Part shown: piece after piece, positions 43,599 to 58,580 of the stretch
How the letters are laid out: every line of letters begins with the position of its first letter
How positions within the stretch are numbered: the first letter of the stretch is position 1
From: Octopus vulgaris
Lineage: Eukaryota
Assembly: GCA_951406725.2 (NCBI GenBank)
Contig: OX597828.1
Coordinates: 45,694,001 to 45,758,000, forward strand
Length of the DNA: 64,000 nt
Direction: 5' to 3'
Translations under genes and position numbers: made by a program
Notes under the pieces: generated by a model
Told to the model about the DNA's origin: nothing
What the model saw: the letters and a program-made list of their open reading frames with translations, nothing else
Database searches by the model: none

Positions 43599-45554
43599 AA
43601 GAGAGATATGGACCGAAGTTTTGCTACAGATTGAACTCTACTAAAGGCACCCAAGGTGATAGACGGTGGTGTTAAACCGGATTAAGATTAAGTCCAACTT
43701 CAAAGTCGACCATAAAAACATTTTGAACTCAGAATACAATTATATCAAAAACACACACACCAAAAAAAAAAAAAAACCTGAAAAAATACCACAAGGTATC
43801 CGGTTCACCGTTTTTATTTTTCAGCCAATCAACCGCCCTGGTTCGGTACGTTCTTTATCAAATCTAAATGGATGAGAGACAAAATTACCTTTGACCAGAT
43901 TTCCTGGAGCAAATACTGTGAGACTCTAAAGACTCTGCCACACCTGGTTGCTATATATGCCCTGTAATTCTTCCTTTCTTTACCTTACTTTCTTTAATTC
44001 GTTTTTCTTCCATTATTATATAAAGTCTCAAGGCAACAAGGCGGCGGAATCGTTAGCAGGTCGAACAAAATGCTCAGCGGCATTTCTTCCGATTTTTTAC
44101 GTTCTGAGTTCAAACTCAACTATGCTCGACCACAATCTAATGCACATACAGAAGCACACACAATTACACATACCTATACACGCATAGACACAAACACACG
44201 AGCACACCTTCCCTTTTACATAAAGACACACACACGCGCACTCACACACAAACACACAAGCACACACACACGCATACACATACACACACACACAAACACA
44301 AAGACACACACACACACACAAACACAAAGACACACATTCACACACCTCACTATCGCAGCTACTAATGCAACTAAGCACCAAATTAGTCGACGCAGACAAA
44401 CCAGTTAGAGACGTGCAGTCGGTAAACAAAATGGTCGCTTTACAAACACTAGAGAATCTATGGAAGCACATCGGCGATATTAATTTGGAAATCCAACCGT
44501 TTTTCTTCACTTTTCTCTTTCAGTGGTTTTCAAACGAACGAATAAAAGCCGCACTCAGTGCTGACTTTAAAGCTAGCTCCTGCAGATGGCTAATCAGACC
44601 TGCGGTCCAAAACTTAAGAGAGCTAGATAGCATGACTATAATATGTCTATAATGACTATATGCGCCAGAGGTATTTGATCTGAGATTAAGGTCGGATGAG
44701 AATTAATTCTGTAATGCAATCATGCTATTGTTCCAGTTCCAACTGTTGGTCAATTTGTCCCAAAGTTCTTATCTCGACGCAAAATTTCAGAAACGAATTG
44801 GCATTTATTTCCTCCTTGATCTCTGACATCATCTGACAAACACCAGCCAAGATGGCGTGAATCAGCCAAGCTTTACCTGCTAGAAATAACAATCCAAATG
44901 CTTTTAAATCAGATCCCAATGTTAGATGTTCAAGAACCAAATGAAGGGCATATTTTTAATCCCGGGATCGTCCTGATTCCAAAAATGTTTATGTCTATGT
45001 TGAGCAAATCTAGACTAAGATACAAGGGTCCTGCACGGACAGACATAATTTCGTTTTTATTAATATAGATTATATTATAAGGTAGGCTTGCGAGGTCGGG
45101 GCTGGTTGGTTTAAACATAAAACAGTTGGTATATTTTGGCTGGATATTGCTGGCTTAAATGCTAAAGAGTCACCCCCCCCACTCCACTAGCGTCTAACTT
45201 CTCGTTCGTTCTAAAATGTATGCGTCTGAGTGTAATGGAGTAATAAAATGGAGGTTTTGTTATGTATTACGTGTGATGTGAGGAGATAAAAACGGACATT
45301 TACGATGACATTTATGCGACAGCCTTTAACGAGCAGGTTGGAAGCACGTTCGCTTCAAACAAACCGTCAACTGATAAACTCATCGCACAACTGCTCGCAT
45401 CTGATAACAGCTGTCCGCCCTTCCGTTAAGGTATTATTGTTGCTGTTGCTGCTGTTGCTGCTGTTGCTGCTGTAGCTGCTGCTGCTGCTGATGATGATGA
45501 TGTCAAAGAAGACGACAATGTTGCTGACGAAGACGACAACGACGGTTAAGCGAG

Positions 45555-45990
45555 ATGGTTGTAGTGGTGGTAGTGGTGGTGGCGGTGGTGGTGGTAGTGG
45601 AGGAGGTGGTGGTGGTGGTAGTGGTGGTGGTATGGTGGTGGTGGTGGTGTTGGTGGTGGTGGTGGTGGTGGTGGTGGTGGTGGTGGTGGTGGTGGTGGTG
45701 GTGGTGGTGGTGGTGGTGGTGGTGGTGGTGTCGGTAGTGTTGGTGGTGGTAGTGTTGGTGGTGGTAGTGGTGGTGGTGGTGGTGGTGGTGGTGGTGGTGG
45801 TGGTAGTGGTGGTGGTGTTGTTGTTGGTGGTGGTGGTGGTGGTAGTGGTGGTGGTGTTGGTGGTGGTGGTGGTGGTGGTGGTGGTGGTGGTGGTGGTGGT
45901 GTTGGTGGTGGTGGTGGTGGTGGTGGTGGTGGTGGTGGTAGTGGTGGTGGTGTTGGTGGTGGTGGTGGTGGTGGTGGTGGAGGAGGAGGA
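45555..45990. repeat. (GGT)n microsatellite
   Basis: direct inspection; explains the poly-T/V/W ORFs. Confidence 0.95.
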
Positions 45991-46589
45991 AGATATTATT
46001 TTATTTGCCACGGGGACGTCCGATGAAAGGAACATTACAAGGAAAGGTTTCAATTTGCGTGGGGCTTCACATAAAAAAAACGGCGAATGAAAAAAAAATG
46101 AAAAATCATGAAGGTAAAGAATAAATAAAATATTAAAAACATACACGTATGTATTATATACAATATGTGTGTGTTGTGTGTGTACATATACATGTACGTT
46201 TATGGACGTACGAATATATGAGGGTCGGTAGGTAAGTATACATGAGTATGTATGCGAATACAAGGGTGTATATGTATGTACGTATTATGTATGGAAGTAT
46301 GTATATATATCTGTATATGAATGTATGTATGTATTTCATTATTCAGTTTATTTGAAGATTTCTTGCTAATAGAGAAAGAACCGGTTTCTAACCTAGATCC
46401 AAGGCTCCTTCATTGGACTTTCAAAATCAACAACAGGGTATTTTTGTATGTATGTATGTATGTATGTATGTATGTATGTATGTATGTATGTATGTATGTA
46501 TGTACGTATGTGCAAATTTGTATATTTTATTTATGTATTCCCATGCATACAGTTATATATCTAGACATGCTCGTATATATTTAAATATA

Positions 46590-46890
46590 AACTCTGGAAA
46601 GTTTTACAGACTTTTACAGTTCCAGTGATGGATTGGATCTGTAGTCTTCGAGTTAGCTTTCTTCTTTTTGGTTTCGAGAAGCCTAATCTTTCAAGATTGG
46701 CATTTAGGCAATGTGTTACATATCCCAGGGCGCCAATAATTACAAGTGTAAACCTGAACTTTTAATCTGGACAGAGTAACTGCAGATTTGTCATTAGTTC
46801 AGCAGAGGTGTTCTCTTTTTTCACTGATCTTCAGCTTTATGTTAACATCCACTGGGCAGCTAATTTCCACAACTGTGTACAGTTTCTCTA
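46590..46890 (-). mobile_element. RLE-type non-LTR retrotransposon (R4/Dong/NeSL-like) endonuclease C-terminal relic
   Basis: TVVEISCPVDVNIKLKISEKEN..LQLLCPD*KFRFTLVIIGALGYV..ITGTVKVCKTF. Confidence 0.7.
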
Positions 46891-46969
46891 TACTATCCCA
46901 AATCATATCTGTTGCGCTTACATTGTATGTATGTATGCATATATGTATGTATGTATGTGTGTCGTTGCG

Positions 46970-47465
46970 CTCTGTCGGTTACGACGACGAGGATTCCAGT
47001 TGATCCGATCAACGGAACAACCTGCTCGTTAAATTAACGTGCAAGTGGCTGAGCACTCCACAGACACTTGTACCCTTAACGTAGTTCTCGGCGACATTCA
47101 TCGTGACACAGAGTGTGACAAGTTCTCCTATTTCGGTAATTTCAGCCAATCAATAACATGTATTCAGCTGAATAAAATTACTGCTGTTGGTTGTCAACAA
47201 GAACTTCCTTCGGTGTATATTTCGTTTGTCACTGTTATTTATGACAACCCTAACCCTAAAACCCTAACCTTAACCCTAAAATCCTTTGAAATACAGGCCC
47301 AAGAGAAACAGGAAGAAAGAGAGAGAGAAAGTTGTGGTGAAAGAGTACAGCGGGATTCACCCCATCCTGCCGGGGTCTCGTGGAGCTTAAGATGTTTTTC
47401 TCTCAATAAACAGTCACAATGCCCGGTCTGGGAACTGAAGCCACGATCCTACGACCGCGAGTCCA
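46970..47465 (-). mobile_element. SINE family C interrupted by a 47122-47280 insert ending in (AACCCT)-like repeats
   Basis: both flanks align to the reverse complement of 31722-32110. Confidence 0.75.
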
Positions 47466-49301
47466 CTGTAGGTAAGTATGCATTGTACGTATACGTTTGA
47501 ATATGTTCCGAAAGGCATTAGACTTTTAGTGGTGATCAAAGAACTCAACAAAGCGATTTGACACTTGGTAAACGGTTGCCAGTGATCCATGTTTTTGTAT
47601 TCTGAAAAAAAAAAACAACAACAAAAAAACAGTAAAGATAAAATGGTAGTCTAGACAAGTTAAAGTCGAAGCTAATGATATAATTAACGTGAGCTTTTTG
47701 AAAGCTGATTCGATATAAATATGTGGTGTGCAAGAAAAAACAAACATAATTTTTAGTAAATAAATATTAAGAAATAGTCTACCATCTACACAACAGAATC
47801 CAAGTTATATCTTTTACTTGTTTCAGTCATTTGACAGCGGCCATGCTGGGGCACCGCATGAAACGTTCTTTAGTCGAACAAATCGAACCCCGGGACTTCT
47901 CTTTCATTAAAAAAACAATTTTTTACAAAACCTGGAACTTATTTCATCGGATCCTTTTGGCTGAACCGCTAAGTTACAGGGGCTATAATTTATTAGTTTC
48001 TTTTGCATATTCTTAGTTTATGCAAATGTATGCAAATATAGCATTGGTATATCCCATTTATGTTCATTAGAAATTAAATAAATGAAGAATTTTGACATGT
48101 ACGAATATTTATTTCCCCCACTGTACACACACACACACACACACACACTCACATAAATATATATATATATATATATATATTACACGACAGGCTTCTTTCA
48201 CTTTCCGTTCACCAATCACCTCACAAGATTTTGATCAGCCTGAGGCCATAGTAGGAGACAGTTGCCCAAGGTACCACGCAAGTGGCGCTAAACCCGAAAC
48301 CATGTGGCTGAAAAGCAAGCTTCTTACCACACAGTCACGCCTGCACCATGTATATTTATGTATTTTCTCATACCTAGAAGAATGTGTCAAGGAGACTTCT
48401 ACTAACCGTTCTTTTTCTTGTTAGTAACTGAGTTTGTTAAGAAACCTCACTGATTATTGCTACAAATAGTTTCGTTAATGAAACATTAACTTATGTCATG
48501 AGACGAGCAAGTAGAAATTTTATAATCAATCAAGTTTATAGCCTTATTTTGAGAAGGCAAACACGAATGGACTATATTTCACTCAACCAAAGACAAAGGA
48601 AACACCCGAAACTAAATTAATTTTTATGTAAGTGAATTGACATATGTTGACGGAGCTGGGTCTCAATTAACTACTAAAGGAAATATGAATACACCCGTAT
48701 CTACAAGTGTGCTGAGAAATTAACTAATGCAGAACAATACATTGTAGTTCAAAATTTCAGCTGTACTACAGAAGACAAGCTGATCCAATGTTACGGGCGA
48801 TGGATGTAGTCAGCAGGTTGACGTGTATGGTATGTTTTAAGGAAGCAATGGCCGTCTATCAATACAAGTTCAAAGGAAGAATAGGGAGGTAAATAAAAGA
48901 TAGTAAAAACGTAAAATAGATAAAAAAGTAAACAATACGTTCACAGAATAATAAAAAAAAAGAAAGAAAAATGTTTATCAAAGAAATTGGTTTCTAAAGA
49001 CGTTATACTTACTAAAAAAGATCTATTTTTCAAAGAAAGGTAGGGTGACCATCCCAGTATGAATTTAAATGAACAAAACATAGTGAACTATTTATGAAGA
49101 GAGAGAGACGAAGAGAAAGACCGGGACATATATACATACATACGTGCATACATACATACATACATACATACATACATACATACATAGGGACAGGCAGACA
49201 GACAGACAGACAGACAGACAGATAGATACATACACAGACAGATAGACAGACAGACAGGCAGACAAATAGACAGACATACAGACAGACAGACAGACAGACA
49301 A

Positions 49302-49368
<67 letters not shown>

Positions 49369-49884
49369 TGAACAATGGTAAAAATTTCGCTTCGAAAACA
49401 CGCACGATGACTTAGGTTCTTGTCGGCGCAGTATAACCGAATGGTTTAGAAACACAGACATAGATATTGTCTGTGTTTTAATATACCAAAGAAAGTATCT
49501 TTAAGAGGTAAGTAAGACAAGATATTAAGATAATAGCCCATTATCCTTATGATGGTAACGAGGAATATTAGAAAATGTGCCATACCACCTCGAGAAACGA
49601 TACAGGGACCTCACCAAAGTTATTGATTGAGTGTATGTGCCTACAATGGTGTGTTGCTATGGTGTGGTCCGAGTTCTGGCGAGCAAGCGTCGTGTCAATA
49701 GCATCATGGTGCAATTTTTTTCAGCCGGATTTTCGATCTTATTGCAAGCATCACTGGTTCTTCCTCCCAACTTTTTCGGATTCCAGACGTCGAGACAAAG
49801 AAAATGACACACTAACCTCGAAAATGCCGTGGTGGCGCTTATGACACTCTGTTACTAAACACATCAATTGGAGCACTTGGGTTT

Positions 49885-50352
<468 letters not shown>

Positions 50353-51356
50353 TAAAAATGGAAGCTTTGTAACTTTGTTAGAAACCAGCTCCTTCTTCAG
50401 AGGAAGAATCTAAATGATTAAATACAGAAGCGACATACATACATACATACATACATACATACATACATACATACATACATACATAGATACATACATGCAT
50501 ACATACATACATACATACATAAATACATACATACATACATACATACATACATACATGCAAACATACATAAATACATAGATACATACATGCATAAATACAT
50601 ACATACATACATAAATACATACATAAATACATACATACATACATAAATACATACATACATACATACATAAATACATACATACATACATACATACATACAT
50701 ACATACATACATCCATCCATCCATCCATCCATCCATCCATCCATCCATACATACATACATACATACATCCATCCATCTATCCATCCATCCATCCATCCAT
50801 CCATCCATCCATCCATCCATCCATCCATCCATCCATCCATCCATCCATCCATCCATCCATCCATACATACATACATGCCGGTATGTCTATGGAGACGTAC
50901 TTGGGCATGCCACAAAACATTATTCTTCAAGTGTGCAGCAAACAACCCATAGCTACTAAACCTACGCTATAAGAATAATCAATACAATATATACTCGAAA
51001 ATTCTTCGCGTCTCACTTAACACGATTGACTTATATCACTAGAGTTTCAATGGACTAAACGACTAAACGATCGTCTGAAAATTTTTTCATCATTTTGTCG
51101 GCCATCTTAAATGTTTTCTACTTTACTTCTTATCTTCTGGTCTTTATTCCTCTTCATCTGTTTCACCTGTTTAATATCTTTACCTCTCTTCCGGGTCACC
51201 TCCTCCTGCCATCTTCTTCCTTCCTCCCTTCCTTCTTTCTTTCTTTCCTTCTTTCTTTCCTTCTTTCTTTCTTTCTTTCTTTCTCTCTTTTTTCCCTTTC
51301 TCTCTCACCCTCTCTGTATACATTCATTCATACATACATCATACATACATACGTAC

Positions 51357-51443
<87 letters not shown>

Positions 51444-51689
51444 AAATGGAGTTAACGCAGGTGTAAACAAATACTTTTACTTTCGACACATGTTTCGAAT
51501 AGCTTTCCTAAAACAGCTTTCCTAAAACAAACACCTGGTCCCTTTTCTTTCAAAGATGACCCAAACGAACTTAATATCATTAACCACGAAAGAAGGGATA
51601 TGGAAATTGAACGAAACTAGCGTAAATGATGGTTTCTAGGCATAGCAACTCACACACATGCACTCAGCACCCGGCACACACTCGCAGAC

Positions 51690-51869
<180 letters not shown>

Positions 51870-52136
51870 AAAAAATGAAGTTCGAAAATGCTGCTGTATT
51901 ATACAATTTTTAATTTTTATATATACATTATAACATGTTTCAGTTCCTGAAATGAACCTTATCAAAAAAAGTTATATATAAAAAAAGACAGCTCATGCCG
52001 TCAAACACAAGAAATTCATTTATAATACACAACGGAGTCAGACATCTTAGAGTTCATGTATAGTTGATATATAGTTCATGTATAGTTGATATATAGTTTG
52101 AAGTATATGCATATAGTTTGAAGTATATATATAGTA

Positions 52137-52340
52137 TGTGACCTCGTCTGTATCACTAGCGATTTTTTTCCCCTGTCTTCCCTTCTCGGGATCTTTCCTT
52201 CTCCTATGTTTCCGACGAAGAGCTCCGCTCGAAACATCAAGCCCTCCTTCTTCCCTTCTTTCCTGAGTGTCCAATAATACTTTATTTGTTCCACGTCCTT
52301 GCGTTGTTGTTTTTTAGTTTTTGTTTTCTTGTTTGGATTA

Positions 52341-52345
<5 letters not shown>
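52137..52345 (+). mobile_element. Penelope-like pLTR repeat (35251 family) with HHR motif, CCGACGA core
   Basis: TT-CCGACGA-A-GAGC tcc GCTC-GAAA-CA-TC-AAG. Confidence 0.65.
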
Positions 52346-52389
<44 letters not shown>

Positions 52390-52399
52390 ATGTATATAA

Positions 52400-52668
52400 C
52401 TTTGATAGGTTTCGGCCAGTATAGGCCCAGGCCGTGTCTAACTTAATAGCAACACCTGGTGAAGTCTTTTAGTCATATATGGGGCACCATGGCCCACTCT
52501 TACAAAGAGTTATTATTGTTGGAAACATATCCGGGTGTAGAAGGTTGATTCGGGATTTTTGAAGAAATTTGTCCAGTGAACTTGTGAATTTTATGGGATC
52601 TGTTTCCGTTTTGATGTATTTTGGTATGGTATTAAAGACAGCTGGACCGGTTGAGGTAAAGTAATTGC

Positions 52669-52670
<2 letters not shown>
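52400..52670 (-). mobile_element. CR1/L2-group LINE 3' end
   Basis: NYFTSTGPAVFNTIPKYIK..FTSSLDKFLQK.PNQPSTPGYVSNNNNSL. Confidence 0.7.
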
Positions 52671-52715
<45 letters not shown>

Positions 52716-53126
52716 ATTAGGGAATAAATCCAAACTTACAGGGAATAATTAGATTTAGGATTAATACCAATTTTATAGTATAAATATATTGTATTATATT
52801 AAATTAGAGATAAAACCACTATTAGGCAAATCAAACAATGAAAAACATAAGCCAATACATAAAATTAATTTAAAAATATAAAAGTTAAAATTAAAAAATT
52901 ATTTAAATAATTTAAACTTATAAATTTTAAATATATATATATATATGTATATTTTTATATTTATATATTATTTTATTTATTAATTTATTTATTTATTAAT
53001 TAATTAATTTATTTTTTCATTTTTTATTTTATTTTATTTTATTTTTTAAAATTTAATTTATTATCTTTTTTTTTTATATATAAATATCAATAGTATTAAA
53101 AGTGTAATAAAAGATAAAGAGTAAAA

Positions 53127-53220
<94 letters not shown>

Positions 53221-53475
53221 ATACACACATATACACATACATGTATATTTTTATCATTTAGCAGAAGTATATATATATATATATAATCTGTATATGTATG
53301 TGTATATATGTATTTATGCATGCACATAAATATATATCTACGTACATATATTATGTATATGCATACACATACGCATGTACACTTACGCACATATGTACAC
53401 AATCATACACACACACTCACACTCACACACACATATGGTTGTGAATGTAAGGAACGATTTTTGTTACTCTGTGCT

Positions 53476-53508
<33 letters not shown>

Positions 53509-54371
53509 ATGCATGTTACGCATGCGTATGGGTCTATATGTCAGTGTACACGTGGTGTGTGATAAAGCGATAGTCACCAAAAGTGGTGATGTTTTGGTGC
53601 TGGTCGAACTGGAAGCAACTGGAAGAACGCCGCTGTTGACAGGATATTCCAATCAATATCCGGATGGTGATGACATCTCCTTGACCCGAGTAACCTCGCC
53701 GAAAACTCATCTCCAGTCGGCTTTCACCTGGTCTAGTCTCGTCTAGTCTAGTCTAGTCTAGTCCTGTCTGTTCCGATCTATTCAGCTTTTCTCTCAATAT
53801 GACACCACTGATGTCTGTCAGTTGAATATTAACAACATATTAATTACTAGAAGCTCACTGAGGCGCGTGTTACCATTGCTCTCGAATGGTTAACCCCCAC
53901 TGATAAGTTGCATACAAACACCTGCAACGAAAACCGCATTTCGTTTATTTTTAGGGTGCGCAGTTGCGGGATGGGGGTGGTTTTGTCCACGGTTTCGCAG
54001 TAGATTTTTTTACTCTCATTTTGGTTTTTTTGTGTCTTTCTTTCTTTCTTTACTTTGCATAAAGTAAATATCTATTCTTGACAGACATCAGTGTCAGTTC
54101 AGTTGATATCGGTATTTCACAATGCTGGGATTGTATGTAAAAAAAAAAACGGATGGGCATTCATAAGCAAACTTACACTTGCAAACACATACCTACATAC
54201 GTACGCACGCAGACACACACACATACACACACACACACTCACACGCATACACACACAAGCAGAAACACACACATATATACATGCACACAAGCATATGCAC
54301 ACACGAACACATATATACATGTAGGCATATACGTGAAGTGCATACATATACATACACACATACACACACAC

Positions 54372-54436
<65 letters not shown>

Positions 54437-54648
54437 CAAGTCTTTGGTGTAGCATATATATACACACACACACACACACATATATATATACAAGTCTTTG
54501 GTGTAGCAATTGCACGCGGCTGAAGAAGACTTTTGAATTACCTGTTATGTCGATTATGCATTGATGTAAGAATAAGTTGTTCTATAAAGCCCGAAACATA
54601 TGTACCGCAACATCCTTTGTGTCCTGTTTTTCATTTATTTCATTTGAT

Positions 54649-54739
<91 letters not shown>

Positions 54740-55437
54740 TACATATACATACAAATACACACGCACACATACTCAGAACGCCATTAAAGACGAGCTTGGC
54801 GTGCGCATACACGCTTACTCCCGTATATGTGCATGTGCGCTCATATGTGTGTGTGTGTCTATGTGTCTGTGCGTGAATCTTTATGTCTGTGTGTCTCCCA
54901 CGACCATTTGAAAACCGGTGTTGGTGTGTTTATTCAAAAGAGACCGATAAAGTACCAATTAGAGAAAACTAAAAGAAATGTAAAGTATAAAAGCCATCTC
55001 AATATGGCTAACCACAAAGGGAGGGGGGATGTTACTGTAGCTTTTTAGCCCCAGGAGATCATCGTCTCCAGCTGGCTTTAGACACACTTTCTGTGCCCTT
55101 AAAGTATTTGCCCTTAAAGAAATGGTTGATTTAAAAAGAACAAAGCAACTTACTAGTCCCGTACAATAGTTGGCTCATACTCCAAACGCACGGACTCATT
55201 CATTGCACCAGGGATCAATGTGGGTTCTTGTTTCTTGGTCAGATCGAGCAGAAATAAATTCAATGAATCCAATTCAGAAATTTGCCGTCAGACGAAACAG
55301 TTTACCGCCAGCTTTTGACTGGACCTAGTCTCGTAAATTGTCTCACGGTGACTCATAGGTACAGGGGTAATCTCAACAGAGCAGGATCCCCTCCGTGCGT
55401 CATGCGGGAAAGAGAAAATTAACAAAATAAATTAGAG

Positions 55438-56037
55438 GGCGATCTTACGGTATAAGTACCTATTTCTTTTCTACCCACAAGGGGCTGAACACAGAAGGGA
55501 CAAACAAGGACAGACAGCGGATTACATCGATTACATCGACCCAGTGCGCAACTGGTACTTAATTTATCGACCCCGAAAGGATGAAAGGCAAAGTCGTCCC
55601 CGGCGGAATTTGAACGTAACGGCTGACGAAATACAGCTACGCATTTCGCCCGGCGTGCTAACGTTTCTGCCAGCTCGCCGCCTATTATACCTTACGGTAT
55701 AAGTACCGGTGTACTTCCGGAAGTACTGGGTACATTTCAAAAAAGTGTTTTTTTTTATACAGGGTTAGGGTTTCTGATAGGGTTAGGGTTTGTGTTAGTG
55801 TTGGGTTAGGGGTGGGAGAAAAGGGTTTCTGTTATCTTCAGAAATGTATTCAAAGTTAGGTGTGTACATATACCAAAGCATCGCCACATACCCTAACCCT
55901 AACTCTAACACAAACCCTAAACCTAACAGAAACCCCAACCCTAACCCTAACCACCCCCATATATAAAAAAAAATAACTTTTTTTAAATGTATCCGGTACT
56001 TCCGGAAGTACACCGGTACTTATACCGTAAGATCGCC
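55438..56037. mobile_element. MITE, probably Merlin superfamily, with internal telomere-like repeats
   Basis: TIR GGCGATCTTACGGTATAAGTACC / GGTACTTATACCGTAAGATCGCC; 8-bp TSD AATTAGAG (55430-55437, 56038-56045). Confidence 0.8.
55461..55690 (-). mobile_element. MetaSINE-type copy inserted in the MITE TIR
   Basis: 17-bp TSD CTTACGGTATAAGTACC at 55444-55460 and 55691-55707. Confidence 0.9.
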
Positions 56038-56494
56038 AATTAGAGTTCTTGTCAGATCATTTTTATAGGTTATAAATATTTACATTAATACATGTTTGTT
56101 AGTACTCAAAAATGCAGTTTAGTTCCTTAATAAGTCACTGATGAAAAGGAACAGGCAGTAAAGCTACATTTATGCAAATCAAACCGACAGATATACTAAA
56201 GGTACTGCATTGAGTGGCTATAAATACCTTTAAGCCATATATAAATGTTTAAAATTATCTATGTATGCTTAAAGATCTGTAAGGGATATATCTTGCCATG
56301 GGCAAAACTGGATGGAGAATGACTTTTTGATGAGGCATCCGCCTCGGTTAGAAACTGGTCAAATGATGGAATTATAACAGACATTTCTTGTAAATTTGTA
56401 CAAAATTTCACAGTCAGCTAAAAGACGTAAAGATAGGTAAATATCTCTACAGATTGGAGGGGTTGATTATTGATTGTCAGGAGTGTTTCAATAG

Positions 56495-56782
56495 TGAACT
56501 GTAATAAAGTCACAGGTAAAAAAAAAAAAGTGACAATTTTGGTTAGGAAGAAAAGTCACAAGAAATGTGTCACAATTGTGTCACAATGTTGGCCAGTAAT
56601 AAAGTCACAGGAAAAAAGGTCACAGTTAGTTTATGGGATCCGGACAAAACCCCCGTATGAGAAAACCCCCTCGGACAACCCTAGTCCGGACAAAACCTCT
56701 GTGGCATTTTCTTCTGTTACTTTATTTCCGTGACTTCTTTTCCTGTAACTTTTTACCTGTGATGTTTTTTACCTGGTTTCGT
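56495..56782. mobile_element. degenerate foldback/MITE with AAAAGTCACAG subterminal repeats
   Basis: AAAGTCACAG repeats on the left, CTGTGACTTT-like inverted repeats on the right, GGACAAAACCCC repeats inside. Confidence 0.5.
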
Positions 56783-56833
56783 TTCAACGTAAGGATTTAA
56801 GAGAATAGGCTCGTACATGACTTTTGTCTTTTT

Positions 56834-57203
56834 TGGCCGATGCCAGCGCTGCCTCGACTGGCTCCAGTGCCGGTGGCACATAAAAAGCACCATCCGAACG
56901 TGGCCGTTGCCAGCGCCGCCTTGGCTGGCTTCCGTGCCGCCGGTGGCACGTTAAAAGCTCCAACCGATCGTGGCCGATGCCGGACCCCCCCCCCTGGCAC
57001 CTGTGCAGGTGGCACGTAAAAAGCACCCACTACACTCGCGGAGTGGTTGGCGTTAGGAAGGGCATCCAGCTGTAGAAACTCTGCCAGATCAGACTGGAGC
57101 CTGGTGCAGCCCCTGGCTTCCCAGACCCCGGTCGAACCGTCCAACCCGTGCTAGCGCGGAAAACGGACGTTTAAACGATGATGATGATGATGATGATGAT
57201 GAT
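56834..57203 (+). mobile_element. RTE-type 3' UTR with three ~65-bp tandem units and a (GAT)n tail
   Basis: GGTGGCACGTAAAAAGCACC x3; GGTTGGCGTTAGGAAGGGCATCCAGCTGTAGAAA; AAACGATGATGAT end. Confidence 0.7.
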
Positions 57204-57484
57204 AACTGAGTGTGAAACTGCTGTTATAACAAGCTGTATCAAAGTCAACAAATTTGTCTATGCTCTGTCGGAGACCTGCTCCACAATTTGCATTTACTGT
57301 ACAATCTTCAGCAAAGAGGAGCATCCTTGTGTTAATGATTCTAGTGTTTGTCTTTGATTTCAGATAACTGCTGTTAAAAAGACCATCATCCTGTCTGTAT
57401 CTGATCTGAGTGTCGGGTGTCTCATGAGAGATGTCTGATAAAGCACTGTACTAAATACCAAACTAAAAAGCCAAGCTTGTCTTT

Positions 57485-57876
57485 TTATTTCTTTACTGCC
57501 CACAAGGGGCTAAACATAGAGGGAACAGACAAAGGGATTAAGTCGATTACATCGACCCCAGTGCGTAACTGGTACTTAATTTATCGACCCCGAAAGGATG
57601 AAAGGCGGAATTTGAACTCAGAACGTAGCGGCAGACGAAATACCTATTTCTTTACTACCCACAAGAGGCTAAACACAGAGAGGACAAACAGGGACAGACA
57701 AAGGGATTAAGTCGATTATATCGAACCCAATGCGTAACTGGTACTTATTTAATCGACCCCGAAAGGATGAAAGGCAAAGTCGACCTCGGCGGAATTTGAA
57801 CTCAGAACGTAGCGGCAGACGAAATACCACTAAACATTTCACTCGGCGTGCTAACGTTTCTGCCAGCTCACCACCT
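57485..57876 (-). mobile_element. MetaSINE-type tandem dimer
   Basis: two successive CTGGTACTTAATTTATCGACCCCGAAAGGATGAAAGGC blocks. Confidence 0.85.
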
Positions 57877-58450
57877 TGTCTTCTACCGTAAAACTGTTGC
57901 AACCAAACTTCATTATCTTGTCTACTTACAGTTTTTTCAAAAGCCTTAGTCGTCAGGTCGAGAAATACAGTGACGAGGTCTTGATTTTCTTTTCTCAAAA
58001 TCAAAGCACACACACACACACACACACACACACTGACGCGTGTGTAGTCTCCATGGACGATCATTTGCGACTATACTGATTAGCATTTTGAGTTACTGTA
58101 ATTGCTTAGGCACAGATCATAGCTTGTTAAAGAAACCTAGGACCAAAAGCTATCCAACCACGGCGGTTTTGAACACCCACTTTTTTTTTCCACGTGTGTA
58201 GTACACTTAATCTGCCACCGGTTCAACCTTATCATCAGGCACCAGGTGGCGCATTTTATGGACAGAGAGGATGTACCTTCCGGATGTAGGTTACGTTTGT
58301 GCTCTAAAAAAAATGATATTTTAAAAAAATTGTAAAATGTCCCGCGGTTCTGCAGTTGCCATTGGACGATGTTAGTAAAACGGTTTTTGTTGCATTATTA
58401 TTAATATCATTATTATTATTATTATTATCATTCTTCTTCTTCTTCTTCTT

Positions 58451-58563
<113 letters not shown>

Positions 58564-58580
58564 CATTATTATTATTATTA

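Noticed and set aside
44365-44652. 95-aa ORF with an internal splice-acceptor-like tract at 44523
   Set aside because: No recognisable homology or matching donor site; insufficient support
45367-46263. 298-aa Thr/Pro-rich mucin-like ORF
   Set aside because: Built from (CCA)n microsatellite, a LINE tail and (TACA)-type repeats
55761-55952. Telomere fusion site
   Set aside because: Degenerate TTAGGG tracts lie inside a TIR/TSD-bounded MITE
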